NCBI GenBank assembly: GCA_951406725.2
Contig: OX597821.1
Span: 15,934,001-15,998,000 of the forward strand
Source: Octopus vulgaris
Taxonomy: Eukaryota
DNA length: 64,000 bases
Direction: 5' to 3'
Shown: piece after piece, positions 29,315 through 41,312 of the stretch
Position numbering within the stretch: position 1 is the first letter of the stretch
How the letters are laid out: each line of letters opens with the position of its first letter
The notes under the pieces: model-generated
Database searches by the model: none
Seen by the model: only the letters and a program-made list of their open reading frames with translations
What the model was told of the DNA's origin: nothing
Translations under genes and position numbers: made by a program

Positions 29315-29472
29315 TCCGTTGTAGCGGGGAGAGAGAGAGAAGCTGTGAGGGAAAAAGGGAGAAGGGAGGAGAGAGGAAGAGATTGTGATTGTGAGGAAGG
29401 GAGGAATTATATTATATTATATTATATTAATTTATATTAATCTAATAGTGCAATAGGGGGTAGGGAGAAAGT

Positions 29473-29900
29473 AGAGAAAGGGAGCGTCTATGTACTTAAG
29501 GAGAAATTGGGAGCCGAGAGTAAGAGAGAAGAGGAAGAGGAGAGACTGAGAGCTGAAGGAAGAGAGAGAAAGCGTCTATGTCCTTATATGTATCCGAGAG
29601 AGGAGAGTAAGTTAGAAGAGAAAGGGAGCGTCTATGTACTTAAGGAGAAATTGGGAGCCGAGAGTAAGAGAGAAGAGGAAGAGGAGAGACCGAGAGCTGA
29701 AGGAAGAGAGAGAAAGCGTCTATGTCCTTATATGTATCCGAGAGAGGAGAGTAAGTTAGAAGAGAGAAATGGAGAGACAAGGAGAAGCGGGAGAGAAACT
29801 GAAGAGATAGAAGAGAGTAATGGAGAGACAAGGAGAAGCGGGAGAGAAACTGAAGAGATAGGGAGAGAAGGAAGAAATATAGAGAGAATTTATATATTTG
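29473..29900. repeat. Tandem repeats in the putative LINE B 5' UTR (144-bp x2, then 51-bp x2+)
   Basis: agagaaagggagcgtctatg starts at 29473 and 29617; atggagagacaaggagaagcg at 29769 and 29820. Confidence 0.85.
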
Positions 29901-30192
29901 AAAGAGGGGAGTAAGATAGAATGAGAGCTATGAAGAGACAAGGAGAAGCGTGAGTGAGAGAAACTGAAGAGACAGAAGAGAGAGAGAGAGAGAGGGGAGA
30001 ATTCTAAGCGAAGCTATTTGTACACACACACACACGCGTATACATACATACACATACACACATATACACATGTGTGCACACGCACATATATAAACAGTAG
30101 TACCAAGTGAGTATATAAAGAAACAATAATAATAATAATGAAATAGCTAAAGAAAACAATCCAAGAGATTTTACAGAAATTAAGCATAGAAT

Positions 30193-30796
<604 letters not shown>

Positions 30797-31120
30797 GTGG
30801 ATTAACTGTTGAACTGGACGGACGTCTATTTGTTTCTCTCCCGAGTCAGTAGCAAGCTACACAGCTTCAAAACTAACTGACCTTAAATATATATATATTT
30901 GTAACCACGTGTTTGCCTACAAACCCGTAAGTACGTTTTCATTTAACTACAAATTGTTATATACACCTGTTTTTCTTTTAATATCCTCAAACAACCAAAT
31001 AATCAAAAACTCACACCCTTAAGAGAGAACATTTATATATATATACACTTCTTTAACTCCCAAGAAAGAATATATATATTTTCAAAAATCAAAAGGAAAA
31101 CAAACAAAAGAAAAACAAAC

Positions 31121-32242
31121 ATGACTAACTTGCAGGCCTGCAACAGACGAAATTGGTCTGATAACGAAATTGATGTTTTAATAAACACATGGCTCTCTCT
31201 TTCCCAAACAGAAAATCTAAATGTCTTGTGTTTGAATGAGATTGCCGAAAAAACATCACAAGTGGTCAACACACGATCCGTCAAACAGATTCGTAGCAAG
31301 TTGAAACATATCGAAGTATCTTTCAAACTGATAAGAGGCCATTATGAAAAGCTTCTACATATTTTCACAGTTCAAGAACAACAACAGCTAGAAAATCAGC
31401 AGCCACAACAACAACAACAACAGAATGAGCCACTCCTGGTTCCCAACACAATGGCTGACCCTGTCATCGGTCAGGCACAACAACAACAACAACAGCCACT
31501 GCAACAAGAACAACAACAGCCACTCCTCAACTCTAGCTTACTAGACGATTCACTAAATGCCAGTATCTTTTCACCGCTCTCACAGCAACCACCACAATTA
31601 TCATCATCATCATCACCACCGCTGCCACCATCGTCTTCTATCACCAAAAATACCAACAAAAAACCAAATAAGAAACCACTGCCCTCTTCCCCCACATCAC
31701 CACCTCAATACTACTGCAGTAACAAAAACTTAAAGAAACATAGGAAGCAGAATGCGCCCCCCACGGCACAAACAAGAAATCCCCAAATATGCCGCTATTC
31801 ACTGCGCCAGAGACTCTGCACAAATAGTGACTGCATCTTCACGCATCTACCCGGCACTAGACGCACTACTGGCCAAGGCCAAAGCACGCATCCCACAATA
31901 ACATCAACACCACCAAATAGTAAATCGAAATTCAAAACACACACAACTCGGAGTCCCAAAATCTGCCGGTATTCCCAACGTGAGAGAACATGTCTACTGA
32001 GTGACTGTCCCTTCACTCATCTTCCAGGGACCCGACGCACAAACAGAAACGGGGCCTCAAGCCAACACACAAACCTGAATAACAATAAAAATAGAAACAC
32101 ACCATGCTGCAGTAATGCTGGTCCAGTCTTTTCAGGAAGACACAAAAACAACAACAACAAAAGTGGAAACTACAACCCTATCCAACAGTGCAACCACACC
32201 TCCAGCCAAAAACTGCTCCCTAAGCAGGAAAATTCTTTTTAG
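31121..32242 (+). CDS. LINE C ORF1: Myb/SANT-like N-terminus, polyQ/S/P linker, two CCCH zinc fingers
   Basis: RRNWSDNEIDVLINTW...EIAEKTSQVVNTRSVKQIRSKLKHIEVSF; CRYSLRQRLCTNSDCIFTH and CRYSQRERTCLLSDCPFTH. Confidence 0.88.
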   Translation: MTNLQACNRRNWSDNEIDVLINTWLSLSQTENLNVLCLNEIAEKTSQVVNTRSVKQIRSKLKHIEVSFKLIRGHYEKLLHIFTVQEQQQLENQQPQQQQQQNEPLLVPNTMADPVIGQAQQQQQQPLQQEQQQPLLNSSLLDDSLNASIFSPLSQQPPQLSSSSSPPLPPSSSITKNTNKKPNKKPLPSSPTSPPQYYCSNKNLKKHRKQNAPPTAQTRNPQICRYSLRQRLCTNSDCIFTHLPGTRRTTGQGQSTHPTITSTPPNSKSKFKTHTTRSPKICRYSQRERTCLLSDCPFTHLPGTRRTNRNGASSQHTNLNNNKNRNTPCCSNAGPVFSGRHKNNNNKSGNYNPIQQCNHTSSQKLLPKQENSF

Positions 32243-35200
32243 CCATGTTGAACATGGCAAAAGAGATACACAAAAACATTCTAGCCATCACTCAACACCA
32301 TCCTATGCTATTACCCCAGTGCACCAATTCCCCACATTGCTGCCACTAACACACACAAAAAATCCAAGCCCCCTGCAACAGTCAAAACCAGCCACTACAC
32401 TAACCTCCACATTCCTACTCAATGCACAAGGTGTCAGCCCTTCCATCAATGCACAAAAATGGAAGGTCCAATTCATTGAAGACTGGGTTGGCAACCATTC
32501 ACACCACATCCCTTTCTTCATTCTCACTGAGACCCACCTTGACAACTCCCACTTGGAAGCCGAAGTGAGAGTGAAGAATTTCACAACCATCCGCGCGGAT
32601 CGTATCGGCAGGAGGAAGGGTGGAACTGCCATTTTCCTGCATGATTCATTTACGGCAGATGGAAATAGTATATTCTCCAACGGCTACTGTGAATCAGTCA
32701 CCGTGCACAACAAAGCCAATGATCTGACAGTAATTGGGCTCTATAGGCCGCCCCAAACACCCATACTGTGCTTTAAAGAATGCCTCAACAGCATTAAGTG
32801 CTTTATTCAACAGTGCCATTCTAGCAACATACTCATGATGGGAGACTTCAATCTACCCTGTGTTGACTGGACTACAAACTGTTTGAAACCAAGCACTCCC
32901 GCCTCAACCGCTGACAAAGAAGCAGCAGAGTCACTTTTCGACTTTACGAATGAGTTTTTCTTGTCCCAACTTGTCCTTGCACCAACAAGACATCAGAACA
33001 TTTTGGACCTAGTGTTTAGTAACCACACTAACACTATACATAACGTTACAGTGGAAAAAACCCTTCTTTCAGACCATGACATGGTTCTCTGTAACATGAA
33101 ATTCCACCAGCCGAAAGCTAATCCTAGTGACCTTCCTCCAGCCCACCCATTTGACAACATGGATCTCCATAAAGCCAACTGGGATGCAATCAGGAACGAG
33201 CTATCAAATGTTGACTGGTCCTTTACACATACACACATCTCCACCAACCATAAAACATCTTGGCAGATCTTTGTAGACACCGTCACAGACATATGTGCAA
33301 AACACTCCCCACCAAGACCTGTGAACAAAAAGTGCAGAATCCCCCAAAACAGAAAAACCATTATCAGAAAAATAAAAAGAACAAACAAAAAAATTAACAA
33401 ACTAAAGTACTGCCAACAGCAACACACACATTCGACGGCTATCGCACTGCTTGAATCCAAAAAATATAACCTCCAACAATGCATGAAGTCCCTCATCAAT
33501 AACCAAAGATCAGCTGAGGAGAAGTGGGCCATTGAAAAAATCAAACTCAACCCCAAAGTGTTCTTTTCATTTGCGAGGAAACGCAGGGTCACTGTCTCCA
33601 CTGTAGGCCCTCTAATTGACGAAACTGGCACTCTCCAAGATAATGCCAAATCCATGGCCGAGATACTGCAGAAACAATACTGCTCTGTTTTCAGCAATCC
33701 TGATATGGCCGATCTGGGCTGTATCAGTGATGTCAACCCCCAACACACTATATCGGACATAACGTTTAGTGCCCCTGATGTCTTAGCGGCGATAAACGAA
33801 ATAAAACACAATTCAGCAGTAGGCCCCGATAGGTTCCCTGCTTGTGTCCTGAAGGTGTGTCGACACCAACTTGCATCTCCCCTTGCTAATCTGTGGAGAA
33901 ACTCACTGGATGCTGGCTATATTCCAAAAAACCTTCTGTCCCAGTCTGTTGTCCCAGTTTTCAAAAAGGGAAACAAGTCCCTTGCAGTGAATTACCGTCC
34001 GATCTCACTCACCTCTCATATCATCAAGGTATTTGAGAGGGTGGTGAGATCTCAAATAACCCAATTTCTGGAAAGCAACAGACGGCTGATCTCCAACCAA
34101 CATGGGTTCCGTAATGGAAGGGACTGCCTAACGCAGCTCCTGCATCACTTTGAGGACATTTTGAGAGCTTTGGGAGAGGGCTCCAACACCGATGTCATCT
34201 ACCTTGATTTCAGTAAGGCCTTCGACAGGGTCGATCACAAGATCCTATTGAAAAAACTATCCAACATTGGTGTCTCTGGAAAGTTACTGAAATGGATTAA
34301 GTGTTTCCTGACAGACAGATCTCAACATGTTGTAGTTGAAGGGGTAAAATCAAGCCCAGCCAAAGTCAGTAGTGGCGTTCCGCAAGGCACTGTGCTGGGC
34401 CCACTTCTTTTCATCATTTACATTAATGACATTAATGACATCATCAAGCACAGCAACATAAAAATCTTTGCAGATGACTCCAAGCTACAGAAGGTCATAA
34501 ATGAGGCGAGTGACCGGACATGCCTTCAGTCAGATCTACTGGCTGTTATCCAATGGGCAGAAAAAAACAATATGCTGCTGAACGAGGATAAATTTGAGCT
34601 AATCCACTTTGGAAAAGAGGATGCCCTGAAACTCCCATACTCCCTTCCTTCAGGTGAAACTCTCGCGGCGTCCAACAACATCAGAGACTTGGGAGTAATT
34701 GTGGACAACAACGTAAGCTGGGCCACTCATATAAACACCAAAGTTGACATGGCCCGCAGAATGTGTTCCTGGATTCTCAGAACTTTCCAGTCGAGAGATA
34801 TCCACACCATTATCCTTCTCTTCTCCACTTTTGCCCGACCCCACCTTGAATACTGTTGTCCACTGTGGTCTCCCCACACAATACAAGGTATCAAAAAAGT
34901 CGAAGCACCTCAAAGGGCAATCACAAAAAAGATAGATGGCATGACAGGCCTCGACTATTGGGGTCGACTAGAAAAGCTAAAACTCTATTCTCTCCAACGT
35001 CGTCGTGAGCGCTACATCATCTGCATGATGTGGAAAATATTCCATCAGCATTGCCCAAATGATGTTGGCATCACCTTTAAGGTACATCCAAGGCTTGGGC
35101 CCCGTGCCATCCGCCCAAAACAAAAATCGCACTCTCATCTCATAACAACAATACGGCACAATTATTTCACCTCAATTGGCCCCGCTCTCTTTAACATTAC

Positions 35201-35354
35201 ACCAAAACACATTAAAACAGAAACTGACCCTATAGGGTTCAAGAAGTCTTTGGACAGATTCCTTCAAGAAATCCCGGATAAACCCCCTACACCCGGATAT
35301 GTCTCTGTAAACAATAACTCTCTACTTGAGTGGGCCATAGTGCCCAAATTCTGA
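32115..35354 (+). CDS. LINE C ORF2: AP endonuclease + reverse transcriptase (true start uncertain)
   Basis: 1079-aa open frame; LLNAQG, LTETHL, GDFN, ILDLVF, SDHD; NYRPISLTS, QHGFR, YLDFSKAFDRV, GVPQGTVLGP, IFADD, LYSLQRRRERY. Confidence 0.97.
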   Translation: MLVQSFQEDTKTTTTKVETTTLSNSATTPPAKNCSLSRKILFSHVEHGKRDTQKHSSHHSTPSYAITPVHQFPTLLPLTHTKNPSPLQQSKPATTLTSTFLLNAQGVSPSINAQKWKVQFIEDWVGNHSHHIPFFILTETHLDNSHLEAEVRVKNFTTIRADRIGRRKGGTAIFLHDSFTADGNSIFSNGYCESVTVHNKANDLTVIGLYRPPQTPILCFKECLNSIKCFIQQCHSSNILMMGDFNLPCVDWTTNCLKPSTPASTADKEAAESLFDFTNEFFLSQLVLAPTRHQNILDLVFSNHTNTIHNVTVEKTLLSDHDMVLCNMKFHQPKANPSDLPPAHPFDNMDLHKANWDAIRNELSNVDWSFTHTHISTNHKTSWQIFVDTVTDICAKHSPPRPVNKKCRIPQNRKTIIRKIKRTNKKINKLKYCQQQHTHSTAIALLESKKYNLQQCMKSLINNQRSAEEKWAIEKIKLNPKVFFSFARKRRVTVSTVGPLIDETGTLQDNAKSMAEILQKQYCSVFSNPDMADLGCISDVNPQHTISDITFSAPDVLAAINEIKHNSAVGPDRFPACVLKVCRHQLASPLANLWRNSLDAGYIPKNLLSQSVVPVFKKGNKSLAVNYRPISLTSHIIKVFERVVRSQITQFLESNRRLISNQHGFRNGRDCLTQLLHHFEDILRALGEGSNTDVIYLDFSKAFDRVDHKILLKKLSNIGVSGKLLKWIKCFLTDRSQHVVVEGVKSSPAKVSSGVPQGTVLGPLLFIIYINDINDIIKHSNIKIFADDSKLQKVINEASDRTCLQSDLLAVIQWAEKNNMLLNEDKFELIHFGKEDALKLPYSLPSGETLAASNNIRDLGVIVDNNVSWATHINTKVDMARRMCSWILRTFQSRDIHTIILLFSTFARPHLEYCCPLWSPHTIQGIKKVEAPQRAITKKIDGMTGLDYWGRLEKLKLYSLQRRRERYIICMMWKIFHQHCPNDVGITFKVHPRLGPRAIRPKQKSHSHLITTIRHNYFTSIGPALFNITPKHIKTETDPIGFKKSLDRFLQEIPDKPPTPGYVSVNNNSLLEWAIVPKF

Positions 35355-35446
35355 CTTGAAAGACTTCACCAGGTGGTGCTATTAAGTTAGACATGGCCTG
35401 GGCCAATAATGGCCGAAACCTATCAAAGTATCAAAGTATCAAAGTA

Positions 35447-35459
35447 TATATATATACAC

Positions 35460-35508
<49 letters not shown>

Positions 35509-35818
35509 TATATATATATATATATATATCATATATATATATACACATATATATATATACATATATATACATATATATACATATATATAGATACATATAT
35601 ATATATATATACATATATATAGATACATATATATATATATATACATATATATAGATACATATATATATATATATATACATATATATAGATACATATATAT
35701 ATATATATACATATATATAGATACATATATATATATATATATACATATATATAGATACATATATATATATATATACATATATATAGATACATATATATAT
35801 ATATATACATATATATAG

Positions 35819-35857
<39 letters not shown>

Positions 35858-36069
35858 TATAGATACATATATATATATATATCATATATATATATATATA
35901 TGTATACACATATATATATATACATATATATATATATACATATATATAGATACATATATATATATATACATATATATAGATACATATATATATATATATA
36001 TACATATATATAGATACATATATATAGATACATATATATAGATACATATATATAGATACATATATATAG

Positions 36070-36110
<41 letters not shown>

Positions 36111-36135
36111 TATATATATATATACAAATATATAT
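35447..36135. repeat. Impure (TA)n tract with TAGATACA variant unit, 3' of LINE C
   Basis: Direct reading. Confidence 0.95.
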
Positions 36136-37203
36136 ACGCACATGCGCAGATGCATGCATGGAGACGTGATAAAATATTCCGCATTATCACTACTTGACAT
36201 TGTGCTCGGTCACAATACGTGACAGCCATGCAAGTTATGCAAATCCATACCGTTTTAGATGAATGTACCGCTAATCACCTGTTTCTGGCCGATTAACAAA
36301 ATATCGATCAAGATACTGATTATAGGATGTGGATGAGGAAGAAGTGATATGGAAGTCAGAGATATAAATTATAAACAGCAGGTTATCAAGTCAACACAAA
36401 TTCACTCAAACATTGAGATTATAGGGACATATTATCCTAGTTATTCCCGACGTTAAATCTGTTGTAAACAGCTATAGTCACAGAGCAATGACAGGCGAGG
36501 AAAAATAGTTTATTGCTCATACACCATATAGGAGGAGATACAAAGCTGTAAGCGCAAAAATGTAAAATGAGTTGGCAATATCCTACTATATACTTTGAGA
36601 ATAAGGCCTTTAATAGGGTAATGAAGAAAAGTTTAAAAATAATAATGAGACAAAAATAAGATGAGAGGCATGTGCTTGAGACAAGAAAGGATAAAATAAA
36701 GCTTATAATTATTGTCAGAGAGGCTTGGAAGACTAACAATTGAACCAAATAAAGTGATAGTTTACGTGACAAAATATTAAATGAAGGATTTTCTAGATAT
36801 AGACGTGTTTACATACACTCATTACCTTTAATGCCAAAGTCAACAGGAAAAGTAATGAGGCTACAGATTTCATATCTTAATGCAAAATTTTCGCTACAAG
36901 ATCCAGAGCAACGGTTCAGTAAATACATTAGGACGGTCAATTAGATTTGAATTACATTTGATCTCTAGCGTACAAAGCATAAATTTCAACTCTTGCAATC
37001 TCCAAAGCACAGAGAAACAATGTGTATGGTTGAACACGATGAGCAATAATTAATATATTATATATTGAAGTCCCACTAAATTTCAGTAAATGAAATACTG
37101 AATACTAAATTAGGAAGTAGTAATCACATGATCAAATATTTATTTCCTTATCTACCTTTATATATATACATACATACGTATATATATATATATATATATA
37201 TAG

Positions 37204-37394
37204 AACATGTGACAATTATTCGGTTGCCATGATAAAACTCCGAGTTTTGGATGCCGAGGTGGAAAACCACGCCGCCATCTCATCAGGGACTTTTTTCTGA
37301 TGAGCGGATAGCTGAAGAGATGGCGGCGTGGCTTTCCCCTTCGGCATCCAAAACTCGGAGTTTGATCATGGCTACCGAATAATTGTCACATGTT
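37204..37394. repeat. 83-bp-arm palindrome (25-bp spacer) with hammerhead-like motifs in both arms, between TA tracts
   Basis: Arms 37204-37286 and 37312-37394 differ at 6 positions; CUGA(U/A)GA...AAAA CUCGGAG UU. Confidence 0.85.
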
Positions 37395-37460
37395 ACATTT
37401 ACAAATAAATTCATCTATTTACATAATATCGAGGTCTCTTTCACTCTTTTGTTGTGTTAC

Positions 37461-37520
<60 letters not shown>

Positions 37521-37576
37521 TAAGTAATTAAGAGTTTAGCAACGATTTGCTTCACCACACACCGAATTATTATTGA

Positions 37577-37612
<36 letters not shown>

Positions 37613-37711
37613 TATATGTATACATACATATGTGTGTGTGTGTGTATCGAGAGTACAAATACAGAATACTAATGTGAGTTCTCCCTACTTGGAGAAAATA
37701 TGATTATAATA

Positions 37712-37748
<37 letters not shown>

Positions 37749-38399
37749 GCTAACAGCCTTCTCTTCTCTCTGCGTATTATCAAATCTCAGTGCTCGCTGA
37801 AAACGTCCAGACTATTTCATACCTGAGTAGTCTATTTGCTCTCACTTCAAAATCTATATATTCTATGCAGACGCCAAAACACATTGTCTATGTAGCTTTT
37901 GTGCAGAAACGGTATTTCCATTTGCTGTCTGCTTTGCATCCATACAGCACCTACTAGATAAATCTAGTAGACAAAATATCCACCTCTGTTACTATTTCAA
38001 CAGGTCTCCGTCACAGGCACACGCATGCACTCTTCACAAAAGCATGGTTACTAGTCCTGCTGATTCGTCTCTCCATCTCTCTCAGATAATTTGATTGGGC
38101 ACCAGCACCTATCATAACAAAACTCATAGATGTCACACTTTCACTCTCTCATTCGCACTCTCTCCCTCTCACAAACTCACTTACCCCACCTCTCCCTTTC
38201 CCTGAGTGGCTCTCCTACTTGTTTTCCCAGGATATATTCCGATCATTGTTTGGCATTTTCAAGGGGGCCCCGCTAGCGAGTTATGCTTCTAAAACAAATA
38301 ATAGGGATAACTAATAACAACCTACCTAAACACTTTTGATCTATCTCATTTCTCACCAAAAATCAGTATGTATGACATAGAGCCAAATATACAGTATAT

Positions 38400-39700
38400 C
38401 TTCTTCTTTAGGTTACCCAGTGGTTGGCATGCCACATGAGAAATGTGTGTGTTGTCTACTTCGACTTCACTAAAGCAAAAGCCGTATTTGATAGTCACTG
38501 ACAAGGTAAAACTCCCAGACTATGTCCTTTATCAGTCACTCCTTTATTGTTTCGACAGATTCTTATTCAGTCACGGCATCGTGGCTGTTATTTGAATTCT
38601 CTCCGACATAATGTATCAATTTATCACGGGCTCAGGTTTCGTTTTGTCTTCCATATTGCTGCCCCTATATATTGATCTGAAAACGATTATAAGAAAGAAC
38701 ATCAATCTTTCCTACGCAGATTATAAAACTATTTCTTCTTTAACATGCCGTAATTAACTGCCATCCATTTCTTAACTAGACGTCACACACTAAATGTGTA
38801 TATCTTTCAAGAAGTAATACCTTAAATTTTCAACAATATAAAAAAAAGCTATGCATATTTACAGAAAGTATATGCATCGTATACAGAACATGAGTAGCAC
38901 GTAACTATATCTTGAGAGTTCAGTGCATTATCAATTATGATGTTTAAGTCGGCGAGCTGGAAGAATCGTTAGCATACCAAGCAAATTGCATAACGGCATT
39001 TCGTCCGTCTTTACGTTTTCAGTTCAAATTTCACCGAGGTCCTACTTGCATTTTATCCTCTCGGAGTCAATATATAAGTACGAGTCAATTATTGGGGTCG
39101 ATTTCATCGACTATCATCTAGCCCAAAAAGTTCAGGCCTTGTGCCTAGAGCTCGAAGGAGGACTGTCGTTGCTGATCTTTCTAGCGAATGTGCATCTTCA
39201 ATGCAGCAAATCTGCATCCATGACAGGCCTTTCTCTCAGATCCAGCAAGTATTTCCGCCTTAACAATCACAACATCTCTTTAATGATGAGATGAGATTCA
39301 CAGCTCCTACAGTTGCTGGAGTATTGCTGCTACACATACAGACATCCGGGACGGCATACAAATAAAGGATTAGCAAGACATCACTTAACTACGCACTTTA
39401 ACCACTGATCGACAACTGTGCAATTCTTTTTATTCTGTAGTTCTTACCGTTACTATATAGAGTGATCACTACTCATTGAACGTAGCGCGTTCACGCACGT
39501 ATACTTTACTCGCTAGTGTCCTCTATTCTCATCCCACATATTCTGTTTTTACCAGACCACGTATTCACCAACTATGCCACATCCGTTCTCAATAAATGTC
39601 AAGCCTTAGACGACTCTCCCTATATGTAATTTATAGCCGAAGACTTACAACGGCACAAGGGGAACGGTTAACAATCTGGCACCTCCTTGAGAATTTGGAA
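38400..39700 (+). mobile_element. Very old LINE RT remnant interrupted by a SINE
   Basis: VVYFDFTKA at ~38451 resembles VVYLDFAKAFD; a decayed PQGSVL.P..LYI-like stretch at ~38630. Confidence 0.35.
38946..39150 (+). mobile_element. Full-length SINE family 2 (tRNA head + Nin/Deu-like core)
   Basis: ggcgagctggaagaatcgttagca A-box, agttcaaatt B-box, tttatcctctcggagtcaata core, ggccttgtgcctagag tail. Confidence 0.75.
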
Positions 39701-40931
39701 TGTCTTTGGGTACACTTTCGTCCAGCAGAGAAAATCAATAAAAGAAAAAAAAAACAATAAGAATATTCATAATGATATCAATAAATCATGAATAATTAAC
39801 ACTTTTGTTAATGTGATATCAGTAACTAGCTAAACACAGTAAGTGCACAAGTATTGAACAAATATAGATACGATCATTTTCATTTCCCATTTTTGAAATT
39901 CTGAACTAATAACACCACCAAACTAATTCTGTAACAAATATGTTATATTAGTAATTACAGAGATGCGAATGCACAAAAGCCATTATCTTGGAACTGTATT
40001 CCCCTAAGCTAAAAGTCAATTTACATTTAGTTCTGCTCTCCTCAATCACACATTTCTATTTCCTTGTTCCCTCCGCTGACAGGTAGATACGGAATCAGTC
40101 TCATCATTTTGTTTATGCCAACGTTCCGTCTTATTAATGCCATATGAACACCGACGATATTCCATTTCACCAGAACGACTACAGGTAATTATTAGTTTCT
40201 TTGACAGTTCATAGTAGGAATGATTGGTTGTTTAATTTTGGTACGACTGATATTTCAGACCTCTGAAGGATTTGGATACAGAATTGCAAGTAGGCACCTA
40301 TGAAATCATAATTCAAAAGAAAATGAATTCTCAAATAGGTATTTCAGTGTTTTGGAGTAAACTATATTCACGAATCTAACTGCAGAGAATTATTGAAAAC
40401 ATCTTAAGATAGATAAGAATGCAGTCATTAGATTATAACAAATGAAATATCTAAATGCACATTTTATTCAATAACTATACATGGTGAATGTATATGTAGA
40501 TGATTATACATATATGTATGTAAATTTATACGCGCATACCAATTTATACGCACATCCCAATATATATATATATATACATGTATAATGATTTAAGTACATG
40601 TATGGATAGATATCCATATATAGCTGTATATGTGTGCACATCTATATAAGAACATATATGGATGTGTATATATGTTTATACATGTGAAAATACATGTCAG
40701 TACATAAATATGCATCTAGATCTATGCATACATAAATAAATTAGAAAGGGTAGTGGCATGTATATAATCAAAATAAATAACTACCACAATATATAATATC
40801 ATATACGATAAAGTGTTGCTTTATTGGATGTATCTCCGCTTCCAGGAGTGGAGAAGCTCTCAAATGCCAAATGACAATTGAAACGAACTTTATATAAGTA
40901 AAAGGAATATCTCCCGAATGAAAACTTTCCC

Positions 40932-41250
40932 GTGTGGTAAGTAGCTTGCTTACCAACCACATAGTTCCAGGTTAATTCTCACTGCGTGGCACCTAGGGCA
41001 AGTGTCTTCTACTATAGCCTCGGGCCGATGAAAGCTTTGTGAGTTTATTTGGTAGACGGAAACTGAAAGAAGCCCGTTGTATATATGAATATGTGTGTGT
41101 ACATATGTTTGCGCGTCTCTGTTCCCTCAACATCGCTTGACAACCGATGGGGGTGTGTTTACGTCCCCGTAAAAGACACCGATAGAATAAGTACTAAGCT
41201 TTCAAAGAATAAGTCCTGGGATGATTTGCTCGACTAAAGGCGGTGCGCCA
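40932..41250 (+). mobile_element. SINE family 1, partly truncated
   Basis: Aligns to 4487-4830. Confidence 0.85.
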
Positions 41251-41312
41251 CACACTCAATAGTTTCGTGTACCTAGGACTGTATTTGTATAAAAATGTAT
41301 GTTTGTATGAGG

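Larger units (their letters stand above)
26265..30020 (-). mobile_element. LINE B: APE-RT LINE with 5' UTR and frameshifted ORF1 and ORF2; 3' end lost in the gap
   Basis: ORF1 28380-29314, ORF2 26265-28461, tandem-repeat putative 5' UTR 29473-30000; strongly similar to LINE A. Confidence 0.95.
30797..35446 (+). mobile_element. LINE C: apparently full-length, near-intact APE-RT LINE inserted in (TA)n
   Basis: ~320-bp 5' UTR, ORF1, uninterrupted ORF2, structured 3' UTR, (TCAAAGTA)x3 tail; TA tracts abut both ends. Confidence 0.97.

Noticed and set aside
29507-29914. 135-aa E/R-rich ORF with 48-aa repeats
   Set aside because: Antisense reading of the GA-rich tandem repeats upstream of LINE B ORF1
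32993-33811. 272-aa antisense ORF inside LINE C, and similar ones in A and B
   Set aside because: Shadow ORFs of the RT coding strand with no motifs
36300-36760. Possible RTE-type RT remnant (KAFNRV-like stretch)
   Set aside because: Single short motif, too degenerate to call
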